A DNA stretch of 64,000 bases from Gekko japonicus (lineage: Eukaryota). This document shows positions 63,260 through 64,000 of this stretch, in pieces. The translations under genes and the position numbers were made by a program. Numbering within the stretch: position 1 is the stretch's first letter; each line of letters starts with the position of its first letter. The notes below the pieces were generated by a model. The model was not told the DNA's origin and made no database searches. It saw only the letters and a program-made list of their open reading frames with translations. The stretch covers positions 334,140-398,139 of the forward strand of contig NW_015172604.1 of the NCBI RefSeq assembly GCF_001447785.1, read 5' to 3'.

Positions 63260-63634
63260 CAGGGGTCATTTCGTAGAAAAAGAGGTACAGGAGATCATTA
63301 GCATAACTTATTTGCGTATGCCATGCCCCCTGACATCAGTGGAAGTGTGTCAGAAGGCAACATCCACCACTCAGGCTCCACTGGACTGTTTTGGATTGCT
63401 AGCTATTGTGGGGGGGGGACGTGCAGATCTGTCCTCACAAAGGAGGGAGAGCTTGTACCTGAATAAAACTTGGTCTTAAAGGTGTCACTGGACTGTTTTG
63501 GATTGTTAGCTAATGGGGGGGGGGATGTGCAGATCTGTCCTCGCAGAGGAGGGAGAGCTTGTACCTGAATAAACTTGGTCTTAAAGGTGCCCCAGAGCTC
63601 TGCTCCTGTGCGCTCCCGCAGGAAATGACCCCTG
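63260..63634. mobile_element. hAT-type MITE with an internal ~110-bp tandem duplication
   Basis: TIR CAGGGGTCATTTC/GAAATGACCCCTG; exact TSD CATGTAGG. Confidence 0.88.
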
Positions 63635-64000
63635 CATGTAGGTACTTTTAACTTATTGTGAAACGATTAGCTTCAGAAAGTTGTAATTTGCTACAGTTCC
63701 AAGCCCAGGTAAGAGAGAGAAGAAGAGAGGTCCTATATAAGTTAAATCAGAAGGCAAAAGCAGTGGCCAAAGAGGCCCAGCAGCTAAGTGATGGGGGGGG
63801 GGACCAACTGCCCAAGTGTACCCCAGTGAGAGAATCCTCTCAGCCCTTTCCCTCCCAGATCCTCTCGCATGCAGGGTTACAATATCCAACACTTTCAGAG
63901 GGTGCAGCATTCTTGTGTAGCATCTAGGGTCAGGGAAGAGACATCAACTCAGCACTGAGGATTAGAAGTTAACATTAATGGATGTGGGGGTCAAATCACC

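Overview
Vertebrate genomic DNA, almost certainly a squamate reptile (many Sauria-type SINEs; gecko is a guess), covering most of the Surfeit housekeeping cluster in canonical order: SURF6 (-, 5' part only), MED22/SURF5 (-, complete; 140-aa and 204-aa isoforms), RPL7A/SURF3 (+, 8 exons, hosting two U24 and two U36 box C/D snoRNAs), SURF1 (-, 9 exons, ~313 aa) and SURF2 (+, exons 1-4). Introns are expanded by transposable elements: a ~5-kb degenerate DIRS tyrosine-recombinase retrotransposon, a non-autonomous Helitron, hAT-type MITEs with 8-bp TSDs, SINEs and LINE fragments. Three assembly gaps are present. The most unusual items are: (1) a 10-bp-TSD-flanked cassette made of a SINE Pol III head fused to a second copy of SURF1 exon 1, inside the SURF1/SURF2 bidirectional promoter; (2) a second intact U24; (3) loss of the acceptor and first 7 codons of RPL7A exon 2 (possibly a mis-assembly); (4) palindromic MITE pile-ups around the MED22/RPL7A promoters. 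All coordinates were read by hand, and comparisons with human or chicken are from memory. No wholly new protein-coding system was found.
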